DNA of 53,619 nt, from the IMG/VR virus record IMGVR_UViG_3300042559_002371, positions 1 to 53,619 of that record. The stretch is one strand, 5' to 3'. Made by a program: the position numbers and the translations under genes. Shown here one piece after another: positions 20,386 to 30,922 of this stretch. The DNA is from a virus (taxonomy: Duplodnaviria > Caudoviricetes). The notes beneath the pieces are model-generated. The model did no database searches and had not been told where the DNA came from. It worked only from the letters and a program-made list of their open reading frames with translations. How positions within the stretch are numbered: the stretch's first letter is position 1; each line of letters opens with the position of its first letter.

Positions 20386-20446
20386 TTTTATAGTTTATAG
20401 TGTGTTACTTACTTATTTTTTAGTTTTATAGTATATAGTCTAATAT

Positions 20447-20998
20447 GTGTGGAAACCAGCTAACAACCTAGAATGGCAGTCTGAGGCACTTTGCGCCCTC
20501 CCAAAAAATAATCATTATAGAGACTGGTTTTTCTCAAAAGACCCTCAAGAAAAGTACAAAGCAAAAAACCTTTGTTATGAGTGCCCAGTCAGAGCTCAGT
20601 GTCTTCAGTGGGCGCTAGAGCACAGACAAGTTTGGGGTACGTGGGGCGGTAAAGATGAAAGTGAAATGCGTCGAGCTTTATCTGTTTCATATAAAGGTGA
20701 AGAGATAAAAAGACGTCGTTACCCTCACTGCCCTTATTGCTCAGCTCGTCCTTCTAAATTAGAAACTAGTTCACAAGAAATTCCTGGTGGTGGGAGATGG
20801 ACTGTCGCCAAGATAGTTACATGTACGGTATGTAACTTCTCTTGGCGCAGTCGAACTAGTGTTAACGCAATTGAAGCTTATAAACAGGATCGAATAGACA
20901 AATCTGAAAAGAGAGCTCGCATTCGTGAAAAGAAAGCTTTAAAGCTTGAAAAAAAGCGGTTGGCTAAAAAATTAAAAGCAAAATCAAAAATTAAGTAG
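20447..20998 (+). CDS. whiB: WhiB-family transcription factor fused to a zinc ribbon and basic tail
   Basis: WQSEALC...FF...AKNLCYECPVRAQCL.WAL...GTWGG, then CPYC...CTVC and a Lys/Arg-rich tail. Confidence 0.9.
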   Translation: MWKPANNLEWQSEALCALPKNNHYRDWFFSKDPQEKYKAKNLCYECPVRAQCLQWALEHRQVWGTWGGKDESEMRRALSVSYKGEEIKRRRYPHCPYCSARPSKLETSSQEIPGGGRWTVAKIVTCTVCNFSWRSRTSVNAIEAYKQDRIDKSEKRARIREKKALKLEKKRLAKKLKAKSKIK

Positions 20999-22496
20999 TG
21001 CTTTTAACTTCTACTTCAAACGGCGGTCTATTAGCTAGGGCTTTTCTCATATCGTTTCTAAACGATTGATAGTGCCCTTGAGCGTATTCAAATTGTTGAA
21101 ACTGGATTAGCTCATCCATTGCTTGTTCTCTTGATATATATCCAAGACCAGCTAAGCTCCACTTCCATAAAGCATCTACCCCCCAGAAATCCATAAAGTG
21201 CATAACAGAAGGAATTCTGCTCTTTGAGCGTTCAATGTAGTTTTCTACTGCAGGAGAGGTAATTTTGTCGAACTTAATAGTTCTCCAAAATTCCGAATCT
21301 TCCCTACCACCTTGATAATGAAAAACTGTAAAATCTTTGTAGTATTCATACATTTTTGATGTTTTAGCATTGTATTTTTCAATAGATGCTTTATTTAGTG
21401 TTTTCTCTTTGGTAGAAGATAAATATTCTTGACAAAAAGTAAATATTTGCATGATAGTAGCATGAATGCTTGTTGCTTCTAGAGGTTCAATAAAAGAGCT
21501 TGCAAGTCCAGTAACTAGAACATTACCTTTCCAAAACTCTTTCAATCTTCCTGATTCATACTTAATATGTTTGATTGGCTCTATAGGATGTCCCATAATT
21601 TTTTCGGCCTCAGCTTGCGCCTCATCATCAGAGATAAAAGCACTGCTATAAACATAGCCGCATCCCCTACGACCGCCTGTTGGAGTTCTCCACATCCACC
21701 CTGAAGACAATGCCTCTGCAACTGTAACTGGTTGTACTTTTTCTCCCCCCTCTTTGTAGGGTATAAGAAATGGCATAGCTCTGTCTACAAGAAGTTCATT
21801 TTTGTAGTCAATCCAACCTATGTCTAGCTTATTAGCTAGTAGCCTATGGAATCCTGTCGCATCGATAAAAAAATCACCTTCAATGATTTCACCAGATTCA
21901 AGCACAACACTGTCGACAATTCCATTACTTGAAACTTTTACATCTTTGATTATAGAATCAATATGTTTTGTATTGGTAGTTTTTGTTATATGCTCTCTAA
22001 AATATTTTGCAACTTTTGGAGCATTAAATTGAAAACCATATCCTCCTTGAGGAGGCATTTTATTTAAATCATAAGCTTGACCAATTGTTGAAGATAGGTA
22101 AGCTTTTTCTGGACCAAACTCCGATATAACATAATTAAATAAATGATCTGGAGACCTTTTTGATGTCTCAGATCCATTAATTGGAGCCCAGTAATGGCCT
22201 TTTTCTTTCGCCCAATTAATATGCTTTAAAGCGTACTTTGGGACAGCATCTACTTTTTCTACAAAATCATTAAAATCAAATTTAATTCTATTTGGATTTA
22301 AAAATTCATTATTACTAAAAAGAGTAGCACCATCTAACAAATCATATAAAAATCCGCTTGTAGCTTCTCCAGCTCCAATAATCCCAATCGATTCTGATTC
22401 AATTACGATTACTTCGTGTGTATTGGGGTTTGAAGCGTGGATAGTAAAAGCAGAAACCCATCCAGCGGTACCTCCACCACAAACTACAAATTTCAT
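20991..22496 (-). CDS. Tryptophan halogenase-like flavin-dependent enzyme
   Basis: GGGTAGW (FAD binding), IIGAGEAT, PKYALKHINW (Lys at the catalytic position), FIDATG, GWMWRTP, FIEPLEATSI. Confidence 0.88.
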   Translation of the reverse strand: MKFVVCGGGTAGWVSAFTIHASNPNTHEVIVIESESIGIIGAGEATSGFLYDLLDGATLFSNNEFLNPNRIKFDFNDFVEKVDAVPKYALKHINWAKEKGHYWAPINGSETSKRSPDHLFNYVISEFGPEKAYLSSTIGQAYDLNKMPPQGGYGFQFNAPKVAKYFREHITKTTNTKHIDSIIKDVKVSSNGIVDSVVLESGEIIEGDFFIDATGFHRLLANKLDIGWIDYKNELLVDRAMPFLIPYKEGGEKVQPVTVAEALSSGWMWRTPTGGRRGCGYVYSSAFISDDEAQAEAEKIMGHPIEPIKHIKYESGRLKEFWKGNVLVTGLASSFIEPLEATSIHATIMQIFTFCQEYLSSTKEKTLNKASIEKYNAKTSKMYEYYKDFTVFHYQGGREDSEFWRTIKFDKITSPAVENYIERSKSRIPSVMHFMDFWGVDALWKWSLAGLGYISREQAMDELIQFQQFEYAQGHYQSFRNDMRKALANRPPFEVEVKSTT

Positions 22497-23572
22497 TTAG
22501 TGGCCTCTTCTTCTGGGTTTAATGCCTTTAAACAAAATTTAAGATTGTCGGCTAATCTCTGATTATCTGGTTCAAGACTAAAAGCATTAGTTGCATGCTC
22601 GACTGCTTCTTCAAATTTACCTAAATTAAAAGCAGCAATGGCAGCAAAATCATGAGGAGCAGCTCCCCAAGCTTTTGCTTCACACAAATACTCAAGAGGT
22701 TTTTCAACAATTGCTAAAGCATCTTTAGAAGCCTCGTAACACTTCTCCCAGTCTTTGCGTTGATAATAAATCTCTGCTAAATCAACAAACGGTTCGCGGC
22801 GGCCGGGAGCTTGATCGATTGCTCTACGAAACCAAATCTCTGCTTCTAATGGAAGACTCTTACCGATAAAACGCATAGAGGCAGCACGCTCAGGTGCCCA
22901 ACGGGCTGTAGGCAGATCTAAGTGACGCTTAAGCTCTACTGCTGCTTCTTGGTATCGACCATAGAAGTAGAGCTCACGTCCATAGTAAAAAGCATTTCTA
23001 TCGTTGTATGGATCTTCTTGAACAGATAAGGCAAGCAAAGGTAGATACTGAGAGCGAGATTTTGTTGGGTCAGGGTGGTGGTGAGTTTGAATTTCTTCAA
23101 TCCACTCTTGAACTTCTTCGCGACCATAAACATACAAACACTCATGCACTGGGTGACGCCAACGATAGTTTTTTCGAGCATGAATGTGGTCGTAGCTGAA
23201 TTCAAGACCTGGAGTCCCGTCATCATTCCATGACCAGATGTGCTTATATCTAGGTCTTGTTACCCCACGCTGCCACGCTTTCTCGAGGGGACCTCTCCAA
23301 TTAGGAGTGATTACTTCATCCATATCGAGAGAAATACACATATCAATATCAATTGGAAGTGCGGCCATTGCTGCGTTTCGAGCATCATCAAATCTCCATG
23401 GGGAGATTCGGACATCTACAACATTAATTCCTAATTCTTTAGCACGCTCGACGGTTCCATCGGTAGAGCCCGTGTCAGCTATCAGCAAGTAATCAGCATC
23501 TTTTGCGGCTTCATACCATGTGTCAACAAATTGTCTTTCGTTTAATGCAATTGTGTATATAGCTACTTTCAT
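22493..23572 (-). CDS. Glycosyltransferase family 2 with C-terminal TPR repeats
   Basis: IALNE, DTGSTDGT, FDDARN, LDMDE (DxD), VHE, then TPR-like helices. Confidence 0.92.
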   Translation of the reverse strand: MKVAIYTIALNERQFVDTWYEAAKDADYLLIADTGSTDGTVERAKELGINVVDVRISPWRFDDARNAAMAALPIDIDMCISLDMDEVITPNWRGPLEKAWQRGVTRPRYKHIWSWNDDGTPGLEFSYDHIHARKNYRWRHPVHECLYVYGREEVQEWIEEIQTHHHPDPTKSRSQYLPLLALSVQEDPYNDRNAFYYGRELYFYGRYQEAAVELKRHLDLPTARWAPERAASMRFIGKSLPLEAEIWFRRAIDQAPGRREPFVDLAEIYYQRKDWEKCYEASKDALAIVEKPLEYLCEAKAWGAAPHDFAAIAAFNLGKFEEAVEHATNAFSLEPDNQRLADNLKFCLKALNPEEEATK

Positions 23573-23581
23573 GTGAGCATC

Positions 23582-24157
23582 CTACCTTGTCTTCTTGTAC
23601 CAGCGCTGATAGCCATCAACTAAAATTTCTAAACGGTCATAATAAACAGCATGAAAAGCTTCAATAGCCAACCTTGGCTCATTTAAGTACCCAAGACCAG
23701 CTGACCACTGATAATCATCAAAACCTATTATTCCATTTACATTTAAACATTCGTATGCATTAATTGCGTCTTTTATAACACCATAAGAAGTGTGGTCCCC
23801 ATCTACATAAATAAAGTCATATTTTTCTAGATTGTTTTTAAAAAACCAATCGCTAGTTGACTTTACTTTTACTATTTTTTTAGATTGTTGGCCAGCCTCT
23901 GTCTTTACATCATAAAACTGTTCAACTGATTCCCAATTCATTTGATGATGAGAAGGCTCATCTGAACCTTCCCAAGTATCTACATCAACTAGGACTGACT
24001 CGCTATTGTATTTTAAAATATTGTCATACAGCCAAAGAGATGCGTCCCCTGTATATGCACCAATTTGGAGCATGCGAACAGGTTTATTTAAAAACTGCAT
24101 CAGATGGTTTTTAAAGTTTTCTTGACCATCATTTTCAAACCAATTGGGATATGTCAT
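23582..24157 (-). CDS. Class I SAM-dependent methyltransferase (Methyltransf_24-like)
   Basis: LQIGAYTG, VDTW, DFIYVDGDH, GIIGFDDY. Confidence 0.88.
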   Translation of the reverse strand: MTYPNWFENDGQENFKNHLMQFLNKPVRMLQIGAYTGDASLWLYDNILKYNSESVLVDVDTWEGSDEPSHHQMNWESVEQFYDVKTEAGQQSKKIVKVKSTSDWFFKNNLEKYDFIYVDGDHTSYGVIKDAINAYECLNVNGIIGFDDYQWSAGLGYLNEPRLAIEAFHAVYYDRLEILVDGYQRWYKKTR

Positions 24158-24191
24158 TTTCGTCCTTTCTTAGAGATAAGCCTACCTTAAA

Positions 24192-24821
24192 TCACACGTA
24201 TGGGGTAGCACCACTGTAACTTGAATGAGGAACTCCAGTCCAAAATCCCCCTGATGAGCCATCAAAATAGGTGCCTACAGTAGGAGTTCTCTCTGCCATA
24301 ACACCATCTACATAGAAAACGTCTGTGTTTGAGGCAGAAGTAGTTACTATTCTCATAGCAAAAAAGTTGGCTCCCGACGTCCTCTCAAAAGAACCACTGA
24401 GTCTCACCCATCCGTCGGCCCCTGTAACAGATTGAATTCCTATATTTCCGCTTGAAATAGCTGCTGCAGCACTGGTAGTTGTGTATTGAAGATGGCGTAG
24501 ATAGTAAGTTGCATTGTCGTTTAACGGGTCAAGTTTTATATAAGCACTAATAGTCCAAACATCAGAAGCAGATATAAATGGAACTCTTTCTACAGTCTGA
24601 ACTCCTCCTCCAGAAGTATTAACAACTCTTAGTGATGCTGACCCGTTATTAAACTCATCTGTAGATCTAGATAGGGTTGTCCCATTAAAAGAAGTCCAGT
24701 CAGAGATGTCTACTTCAAAACTTGGATTTTTTATATAATTAACTCTATAACCAAGCCTAAAAGCTTCGGCTGGATTTTTTAAATTACCAGCTCCCGCAAT
24801 ACAACCTACGTTTACTGGCAT
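24192..24821 (-). CDS. Carbohydrate-binding-module-like (CBM4/9 jelly-roll) virion protein
   Basis: NYIKNPSFE..., W.RLS, FYVDGVM.E....YFDG. Start moved to ATG 24821 (MPVNVG), just after the upstream stop. Confidence 0.65.
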   Translation of the reverse strand: MPVNVGCIAGAGNLKNPAEAFRLGYRVNYIKNPSFEVDISDWTSFNGTTLSRSTDEFNNGSASLRVVNTSGGGVQTVERVPFISASDVWTISAYIKLDPLNDNATYYLRHLQYTTTSAAAAISSGNIGIQSVTGADGWVRLSGSFERTSGANFFAMRIVTTSASNTDVFYVDGVMAERTPTVGTYFDGSSGGFWTGVPHSSYSGATPYV

Positions 24822-24822
24822 T

Positions 24823-25284
24823 TTAAGATATCGCCAAATCTCCCACAAGAATCCATTCGTTTGTGTCAATCTTTACAGCTGACACAACTGAGTTGGTTGT
24901 TCTTGTTTTATTGGTTGGTGTAGCTCTTAGCGTGACTCCCGTGGCTCCAGCAATGGTTAATTGACCTGCTCCATATTGAATAAAGTCTATTTTTTGACCA
25001 ATTACAAAAGCATGTGAAGCATTAGTAGGTAGAGTGGCAATCATTGCTGCACCGTTGTCACACTTTAAAATTTTTCCAGCGTCTGACAATACAACTCCAA
25101 AAGCAGAGCTCCTTGTTTCAACAACTTGAGCAGTAGACCAGTCGCCTTGAGGTCCAGTTATACCTTGAATGCCTTGTGCACCAGTAGGTCCTAAGATACC
25201 TTGTGGTCCAGTCGGTCCAGTAGCACCAACAGCAATTGGCTCCCAGATACCGCCAGTAGAGTTATATTTCTTGATAATTGGCAT
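24823..25284 (-). CDS. Short collagen-like fibre/adaptor protein
   Basis: About 9 Gly-X-Y triplets, then a C-terminal domain ending 'WILVGDL'. Start at ATG 25284 (MPIIKK) with AGGAG RBS. Confidence 0.8.
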   Translation of the reverse strand: MPIIKKYNSTGGIWEPIAVGATGPTGPQGILGPTGAQGIQGITGPQGDWSTAQVVETRSSAFGVVLSDAGKILKCDNGAAMIATLPTNASHAFVIGQKIDFIQYGAGQLTIAGATGVTLRATPTNKTRTTNSVVSAVKIDTNEWILVGDLAIS

Positions 25285-25292
25285 ATATGCTC

Positions 25293-26879
25293 CTATGGAA
25301 TAGCGTGCGTCCAAAGAGCACGGTTAGAGACGGCAATTGATGAAGAAACTACAGAAGACGGTAAATCAGTTTGACCTGATACAAGTCCTGTAACTCTTGG
25401 AGGAAGTGCAAGTATATTGTTTACACCAGTTGAAGCAAGGTGTGCGTGCCCAATAACTGTTGGTAGTGTTTGTGAACTTATAAGCAAAAGACCGTATGCA
25501 TATAGAGTTCCAGCAGTTTTTGACCAAGAGCTAGATAGATTTACTTCATAGCCTGTGTTTGCACTAGCAAATATTGTCGTATCGTTTGCTGTTGAAGCAA
25601 CCAAAGTTAAATCGCCTGTATTTTCATTAACTGAATATACAGCAAATTTAATCAATGAAGGTGTAGCACCTGCAGCAGTACCGCATGCCATAGAAAGTTT
25701 TGTGATTGTTTCTGTTTTAATTGCTCGACGATAGGTTAGTAACATATTTCCTGATGTACCGTAAGCAACACCAGTAAGCGGAGCTTTTCTATCAATACTT
25801 CCTTCACCATTAGTCAAAATATCTATATCACCAAGTCTTGTAGTTAGACCAGTAACTTGACTTGTAGAAATAGTTATTTCATCTCCACCACCAACTGCGT
25901 GAGTTGCTGCATGCAAAAGAATTGCTGACTCTTGAGTAGTGTCTACCCAAATAAGATCTGTATTTGCAGGTGGAATAGCTCCAGAAACTAATCCTGTCGC
26001 ACCTACCGAACCAGTTGCCCCAGTTGGTCCTTCAGGTCCTGTGGCTCCAGTAGGACCTGTGGGTCCAGTAACTCCAGTTGGTCCTACTGGACCAGTTGGA
26101 CCACCAGGAATACCAGCAGGACCTGTGGGTCCTGTTACACCATCTGCTCCACCTGTACCTTGTGGACCAGTAGCACCTGTTGCACCCGTTGGTCCAGTCA
26201 CACCAATTGGACCAACAAGTGCCCATTCTTGGTTTAGATCAGACCATGCATAAACAAATTCTTGAGCAACAACGTATGCGTCACCAATAGCTCCAATTGG
26301 GTTATCAGATTGCAGAAGATTTAAAGTTGCATAAGTTCCAAGAATACGAACACTAGACCCTTGAGGTCCAGTAGGACCAGCAGGACCTGTCGGACCAAAT
26401 GGACCAGCAGGACCTGTTGGACCCGAAGGTGCGATACTAGCTATAGTGTTAAAACCAGAGCCTGTATAAAAACTTACTTCATCAGTATCGGTATCAATCC
26501 AAATATCTCCAACTGAAGGAAATCCTGGTTGATTTGCAGAATAAGTTATATTTGAACGCCCTGCTTGGTCGTACACAATAGTTGAGGAAAAATTAGCAAG
26601 AGAGGTGCTAGATTTAACCCAGATTTGGTCTCCAACATTAAGAGCAAATCTAAAAGTTTCAAAAGATTGACCAACTGCTACCGATAAATTATCTACAATA
26701 TATGCTCGAGTAGCCTCTACTCCCAGTGCTTCCGCAGGTTCGATATAAATAGTTACAAGGGTTGCAACATTGGCGCGATTTGCGACAATAACAGAAGCAA
26801 CACCAGTAACGTCATTTGTAGCTAAAAGGGTAGGAATATTGGAATTAGGAGTCGATAATCCCAGTCGTTTGGTTGCCAT
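25293..26879 (-). CDS. Collagen-like fibre protein (528 aa)
   Basis: GPT/GAT repeats. N-terminal domain is paralogous to that of 28535-30913. Confidence 0.85.
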   Translation of the reverse strand: MATKRLGLSTPNSNIPTLLATNDVTGVASVIVANRANVATLVTIYIEPAEALGVEATRAYIVDNLSVAVGQSFETFRFALNVGDQIWVKSSTSLANFSSTIVYDQAGRSNITYSANQPGFPSVGDIWIDTDTDEVSFYTGSGFNTIASIAPSGPTGPAGPFGPTGPAGPTGPQGSSVRILGTYATLNLLQSDNPIGAIGDAYVVAQEFVYAWSDLNQEWALVGPIGVTGPTGATGATGPQGTGGADGVTGPTGPAGIPGGPTGPVGPTGVTGPTGPTGATGPEGPTGATGSVGATGLVSGAIPPANTDLIWVDTTQESAILLHAATHAVGGGDEITISTSQVTGLTTRLGDIDILTNGEGSIDRKAPLTGVAYGTSGNMLLTYRRAIKTETITKLSMACGTAAGATPSLIKFAVYSVNENTGDLTLVASTANDTTIFASANTGYEVNLSSSWSKTAGTLYAYGLLLISSQTLPTVIGHAHLASTGVNNILALPPRVTGLVSGQTDLPSSVVSSSIAVSNRALWTHAIP

Positions 26880-26932
26880 TAGTCTCTCCTTACTCCGTCC
26901 ATACTATGCTTCATAATTATACCTTCAACTTA

Positions 26933-28522
26933 CTACACCGTGGCTCTAAAGAAGGAGTATTTCCTCTGTGATGCCATAGGAACATAAGCTATTTTTGTCT
27001 CTCCCCCGTGGACGCTGTGTTGGTTAGTATAATCATTATTTTGTCCACTTGTATAGAGAGCTGGGAGGGCTCTGCTCTTTATAAAATGAGCTACCTGTCT
27101 TGGTTCCCAATCGGGGTGCATCTGAAAAACTAAAGCAGCTATACCAGCTATTTGAGGGGCTGCCATTGATGTGCCGCTTAAAAGTTGCTGCTTGAAAGAG
27201 CCATTAAGAAAGTATGGATTGTTTGAATTACTATCGTTTGTTTGGCTCATAGCACTGATAATTCTTGAACCTGCCGCATAAACAGAAATTCCTGGCCCTG
27301 AATTACTAAAAGCTGCTTTTCTTTCCTCCCCTTGAGGAGTTGTTTCATGATCCATAGCTCCAACAGTTAGAACAGAATCTCGAGCATTTATGCTAGCGCC
27401 TGGAGTCCCACCTCTATGATAAAAAAAGTTACCAAAATCTGTATTTATAAAGTTGTCGTAATCTAAACCAGATTCAACATCTATTTTTAGATACTCGTTT
27501 CCAGCAGCATTGACAAATAAAATACCCGCTTGAGCACCAGTAACAATGTCAAAATCTACCGATGAAACCCTAAAGGGGTAGAAGTATGTTGAAGGAGCTA
27601 CTAATGCACCAGTGTGTCCTCGAGCAGTAGATAAAGTAGCACCAGTCCAAGGCGTTCCTCTATATGTACCACCATTAATTGCGTAAAGAATTTCTGATTC
27701 ATCAAGACCAAAGGAGAAAGATTCTGAATCGGCTCTATGAAAAATACCAAAGCCCCAGCTGTTTACAACTACCGTAGGTCTTCCATTTGTTTTATTATTG
27801 TGCCAACCGATAAGAACATCAAATGCTGTTGCCACATCTAAACCACCTCCAGTATCTCCTGGACCTTTTAAACCTTCTAATTTGATAGAAAATATTTGAG
27901 AATTTTTTGCCCAACCAAAAGTTTTACCTGCAACAGTAGCTGCTACATGGGTACCGTGACCATCATAGTCTTGATAAAAACCAGGTGGCATGCTTCCAGA
28001 AATCCCGCTGACTTGAAACCAGTCGACTAAATTTACTCTGCTAGCTCCAGAACCATCTAAACTTTGAAACTCTGGATGATTAGCTTGAATACCACTATCA
28101 ATAATTACAACGTCAACATTGCTACCATCAAGAACATAGTCATATGTTCCACCAGGATCGCTTAGACTTGTTCCATAAATATTTGTTGTAAGGGCATGTC
28201 TTAAAAGCCCCCAGTTGGATTTTGGACCAGTTTCTGTAGAGGTTTTATCAAAAGTTCCAACTTGAAAAGCTAATTTTGTAGGCTTAAAAATAGACAAATC
28301 TTGAACATCAGTAACTCTTGAATCCTGACGTAGAAATTCTGCTTCTTTGTCTGTCAACCAATAGGAAGTATTGTGAGGATTGTCTGGTCTTGGATTAGCA
28401 ACTTCTACTTCTCGAATTGGAATAGTTACTAAATTACTTCCATCGCGCAGCAAGTCATCCCACAAAGAGTCTGTTTTTTCAAGACTGTCTGCGGTTACTG
28501 TGTATTCCTTGTATTCACTCAT
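26933..28522 (-). CDS. Subtilisin-like serine protease (peptidase S8)
   Basis: Catalytic triad motifs VIIDSG, HGTHVA, GTSMAAP and oxyanion AAGN. No signal peptide. Confidence 0.95.
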   Translation of the reverse strand: MSEYKEYTVTADSLEKTDSLWDDLLRDGSNLVTIPIREVEVANPRPDNPHNTSYWLTDKEAEFLRQDSRVTDVQDLSIFKPTKLAFQVGTFDKTSTETGPKSNWGLLRHALTTNIYGTSLSDPGGTYDYVLDGSNVDVVIIDSGIQANHPEFQSLDGSGASRVNLVDWFQVSGISGSMPPGFYQDYDGHGTHVAATVAGKTFGWAKNSQIFSIKLEGLKGPGDTGGGLDVATAFDVLIGWHNNKTNGRPTVVVNSWGFGIFHRADSESFSFGLDESEILYAINGGTYRGTPWTGATLSTARGHTGALVAPSTYFYPFRVSSVDFDIVTGAQAGILFVNAAGNEYLKIDVESGLDYDNFINTDFGNFFYHRGGTPGASINARDSVLTVGAMDHETTPQGEERKAAFSNSGPGISVYAAGSRIISAMSQTNDSNSNNPYFLNGSFKQQLLSGTSMAAPQIAGIAALVFQMHPDWEPRQVAHFIKSRALPALYTSGQNNDYTNQHSVHGGETKIAYVPMASQRKYSFFRATV

Positions 28523-28534
28523 ATACCAGTCCTA

Positions 28535-30913
28535 TTAAATGGTTGATATATCTTTAATAATAATAGTGTTACCCATAGCTGGATGTGATAAGCATTGATA
28601 TCTATATCCTCCAGTTATGTTTTGACGAATTCTCCAATACAAGGTTCCAGATGTTTTACCTTGTGCATTTGAAGCAGTGCTTATAATTCCGTTAGTGTCT
28701 ACGTGAACAAGACCTTCGCTGAAGTTGTTTCCATCGGCTGTTTGAATAGCAAACGGGTGTCCAGCATTAGCAAGATTAAATGCAATTGTTGTTCCAGAAA
28801 TTGCATAAACAACTGGATTATTAGATAATCCGTAATGACTAGTAAATCTATACGCTGTTGTTCCTTGATTAGATACTGCTAACGTCGCTATAGCTGACTC
28901 ATAAATTTCATCTACTGTAACTGATGCAGATGTAATATCGTTGAGCGATCCAAAATTTGTAGTTCCAGCAGGACCAGTCGCACCAGTCGCACCAGTTGGG
29001 CCTGTAACTCCCGGACCAGTTGGACCAGTGATACCTTGAGGCCCCGTTACTGCAGGTCCTGTGGCTCCAGTTGGTCCTGTAGGACCTTGAGGACCAGTAG
29101 GTCCACCAGATGGGCCAGTAGGTCCTGTAGCACCTGTAGGACCTTGACCAGTTCCCTCAATCTCAACCCATTGAGTGCCGTTGTAGTAGTACAACTGAGA
29201 ACCAATAGGTGCATCACTAACATAAATAATTGCACCAGCACTTGCTGTAACTGATGAAAGATTAGCTACAGTAGTGCTATAAAGTTTTAGAGGAGAGTTT
29301 GCAATAACTTCTGTTGTAGCAGCTAAAGTAAGTGTTGTAGGAGAGCTAACAGTAAAAGTACCTAATCCTGAGCTAGGAGGTAAAATTTGTGAGCTTTCAA
29401 TTTGAGTTACTTTTAGTGTTTGTGTTGAAGCATCAAACTGAATTCCTTCATTGGTAACTCCGCCTTGAACTCCTTGAATATTTTCGTATAATCCAACAAA
29501 TGTTGTTGCGTCTAAAGTTTGAACAACAGCAACATTTGAAGCTCCAGCTTGTCCTTGAGGCCCTACAGGACCAGTAGCTCCCGTCGGACCAGTTGGGCCG
29601 CCAGAAGGGCCTGTTGGACCTGCTGGACCAGTTGACCCTGTAGAACCTGTTGGTCCGACTGGACCAGAAATTGCTCCAAGATTTATCCAAGTAGAGCCAG
29701 TCCAAAAATAAGTATCTCCTGTATCAAGAGTTACATATGCATCAGCTGTTGTATTTCCACTTGAAGGTAGAGATGCAAAATCAACAACACTTCCCTTAAT
29801 AGTGATATTTGTTCCAGCTGGACCTTGAACACCTGTCGGTCCTGTAGGTCCTGTAGGTCCTGCAACAGTGCTTGCGGCACCAGTTGCACCTGTAGGTCCT
29901 GTACTTCCTGTTGGTCCTGGAATAACTGAAGGGTCTCCCTGTGGACCAGTAGTTCCACGAGGTCCTGTTGCACCCGTTGGTCCAGTTGGACCCTGCACAG
30001 TTGATGCGGCACCTGTCGCACCTGTGGCTCCAGTTGGACCAGTTGCTCCATAAATAGGACCAACATTTGACCACTCAGAGCCAGTCCAAACATAAACATC
30101 TTTTGTATCAAGAGTTACATACGCATCCCCAGTCGTGTTCCCACTGGATGGCAATGCAGCAAAATTAGCTACCCCGCCCTTTAAATCAAGACTAGTTGCC
30201 TGAGGCCCAGCTGGGCCAGCAGGACCTGTAGGACCAGAAGGTCCAATATCTCCACCAATTCCAGCAGGGCCTGTCGCACCTGTTGGACCGACGGAACCTG
30301 TTGGTCCTGTAGGTCCACCAGATGGACCAGTAGCACCTGTAGCACCTGCAGGACCTGTAGCACCCGTTGGCCCAGAAGTAACTCCTGTACCAACAATTTC
30401 CCAACCTGTGGTTGTTTTTTGTTCTAGGGCGCCTCTTCCAGAGTTAAGCTCTGTGTTAAATCGAATATAGCCAACTTCAGCTGTAGACCTTCTATCTGCT
30501 GTAGGACCAGCATCTACATAGATAGTGTTGTACAAACCTCTAATCTCTTTATTAGTAAAAGTTTGTGACAAATTTTCAGGTAACGCCGAGTCCTCTTGAG
30601 CGATACCTACGCAGCTAAATGAAGCATTAGGAGTGCTTGAACGTACCCAAAGTGTGTCACCTGGATTTATAGCAAATCTAAATGTTTCAAAAGAAGCCCC
30701 GATAGGGATATCAAGATTAAAAGCAATGTAAGCAAAGTTGGACTGTTGAACAGCATTTGCTGGTGCAATCCAAATACTAACCTTACATGCTGGTACTGCT
30801 ACTACACCTCTATTTGCGACAATGACTGAAACAAGATGTGCATCAGAAAATGTAGCAAGAACTGTGTCAGTATTACCCGTTGGGTTTGATATCCCAAGTC
30901 GCTGAATTGGCAT
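28535..30913 (-). CDS. Collagen-like fibre protein with C-terminal cupredoxin-like domain (792 aa)
   Basis: Four GPT/GAT tracts separated by small modules. C-terminus has GHPF...[10 protein letters not shown]. Confidence 0.85.
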   Translation of the reverse strand: MPIQRLGISNPTGNTDTVLATFSDAHLVSVIVANRGVVAVPACKVSIWIAPANAVQQSNFAYIAFNLDIPIGASFETFRFAINPGDTLWVRSSTPNASFSCVGIAQEDSALPENLSQTFTNKEIRGLYNTIYVDAGPTADRRSTAEVGYIRFNTELNSGRGALEQKTTTGWEIVGTGVTSGPTGATGPAGATGATGPSGGPTGPTGSVGPTGATGPAGIGGDIGPSGPTGPAGPAGPQATSLDLKGGVANFAALPSSGNTTGDAYVTLDTKDVYVWTGSEWSNVGPIYGATGPTGATGATGAASTVQGPTGPTGATGPRGTTGPQGDPSVIPGPTGSTGPTGATGAASTVAGPTGPTGPTGVQGPAGTNITIKGSVVDFASLPSSGNTTADAYVTLDTGDTYFWTGSTWINLGAISGPVGPTGSTGSTGPAGPTGPSGGPTGPTGATGPVGPQGQAGASNVAVVQTLDATTFVGLYENIQGVQGGVTNEGIQFDASTQTLKVTQIESSQILPPSSGLGTFTVSSPTTLTLAATTEVIANSPLKLYSTTVANLSSVTASAGAIIYVSDAPIGSQLYYYNGTQWVEIEGTGQGPTGATGPTGPSGGPTGPQGPTGPTGATGPAVTGPQGITGPTGPGVTGPTGATGATGPAGTTNFGSLNDITSASVTVDEIYESAIATLAVSNQGTTAYRFTSHYGLSNNPVVYAISGTTIAFNLANAGHPFAIQTADGNNFSEGLVHVDTNGIISTASNAQGKTSGTLYWRIRQNITGGYRYQCLSHPAMGNTIIIKDISTI

Positions 30914-30922
30914 GTGTCTCTC

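Noticed and set aside
24822-25314. Longer starts given by the ORF track (24869, 25314; also 6348 and 50150)
   Set aside because: They overlap upstream genes or lack an RBS. Downstream starts fit gene packing better.
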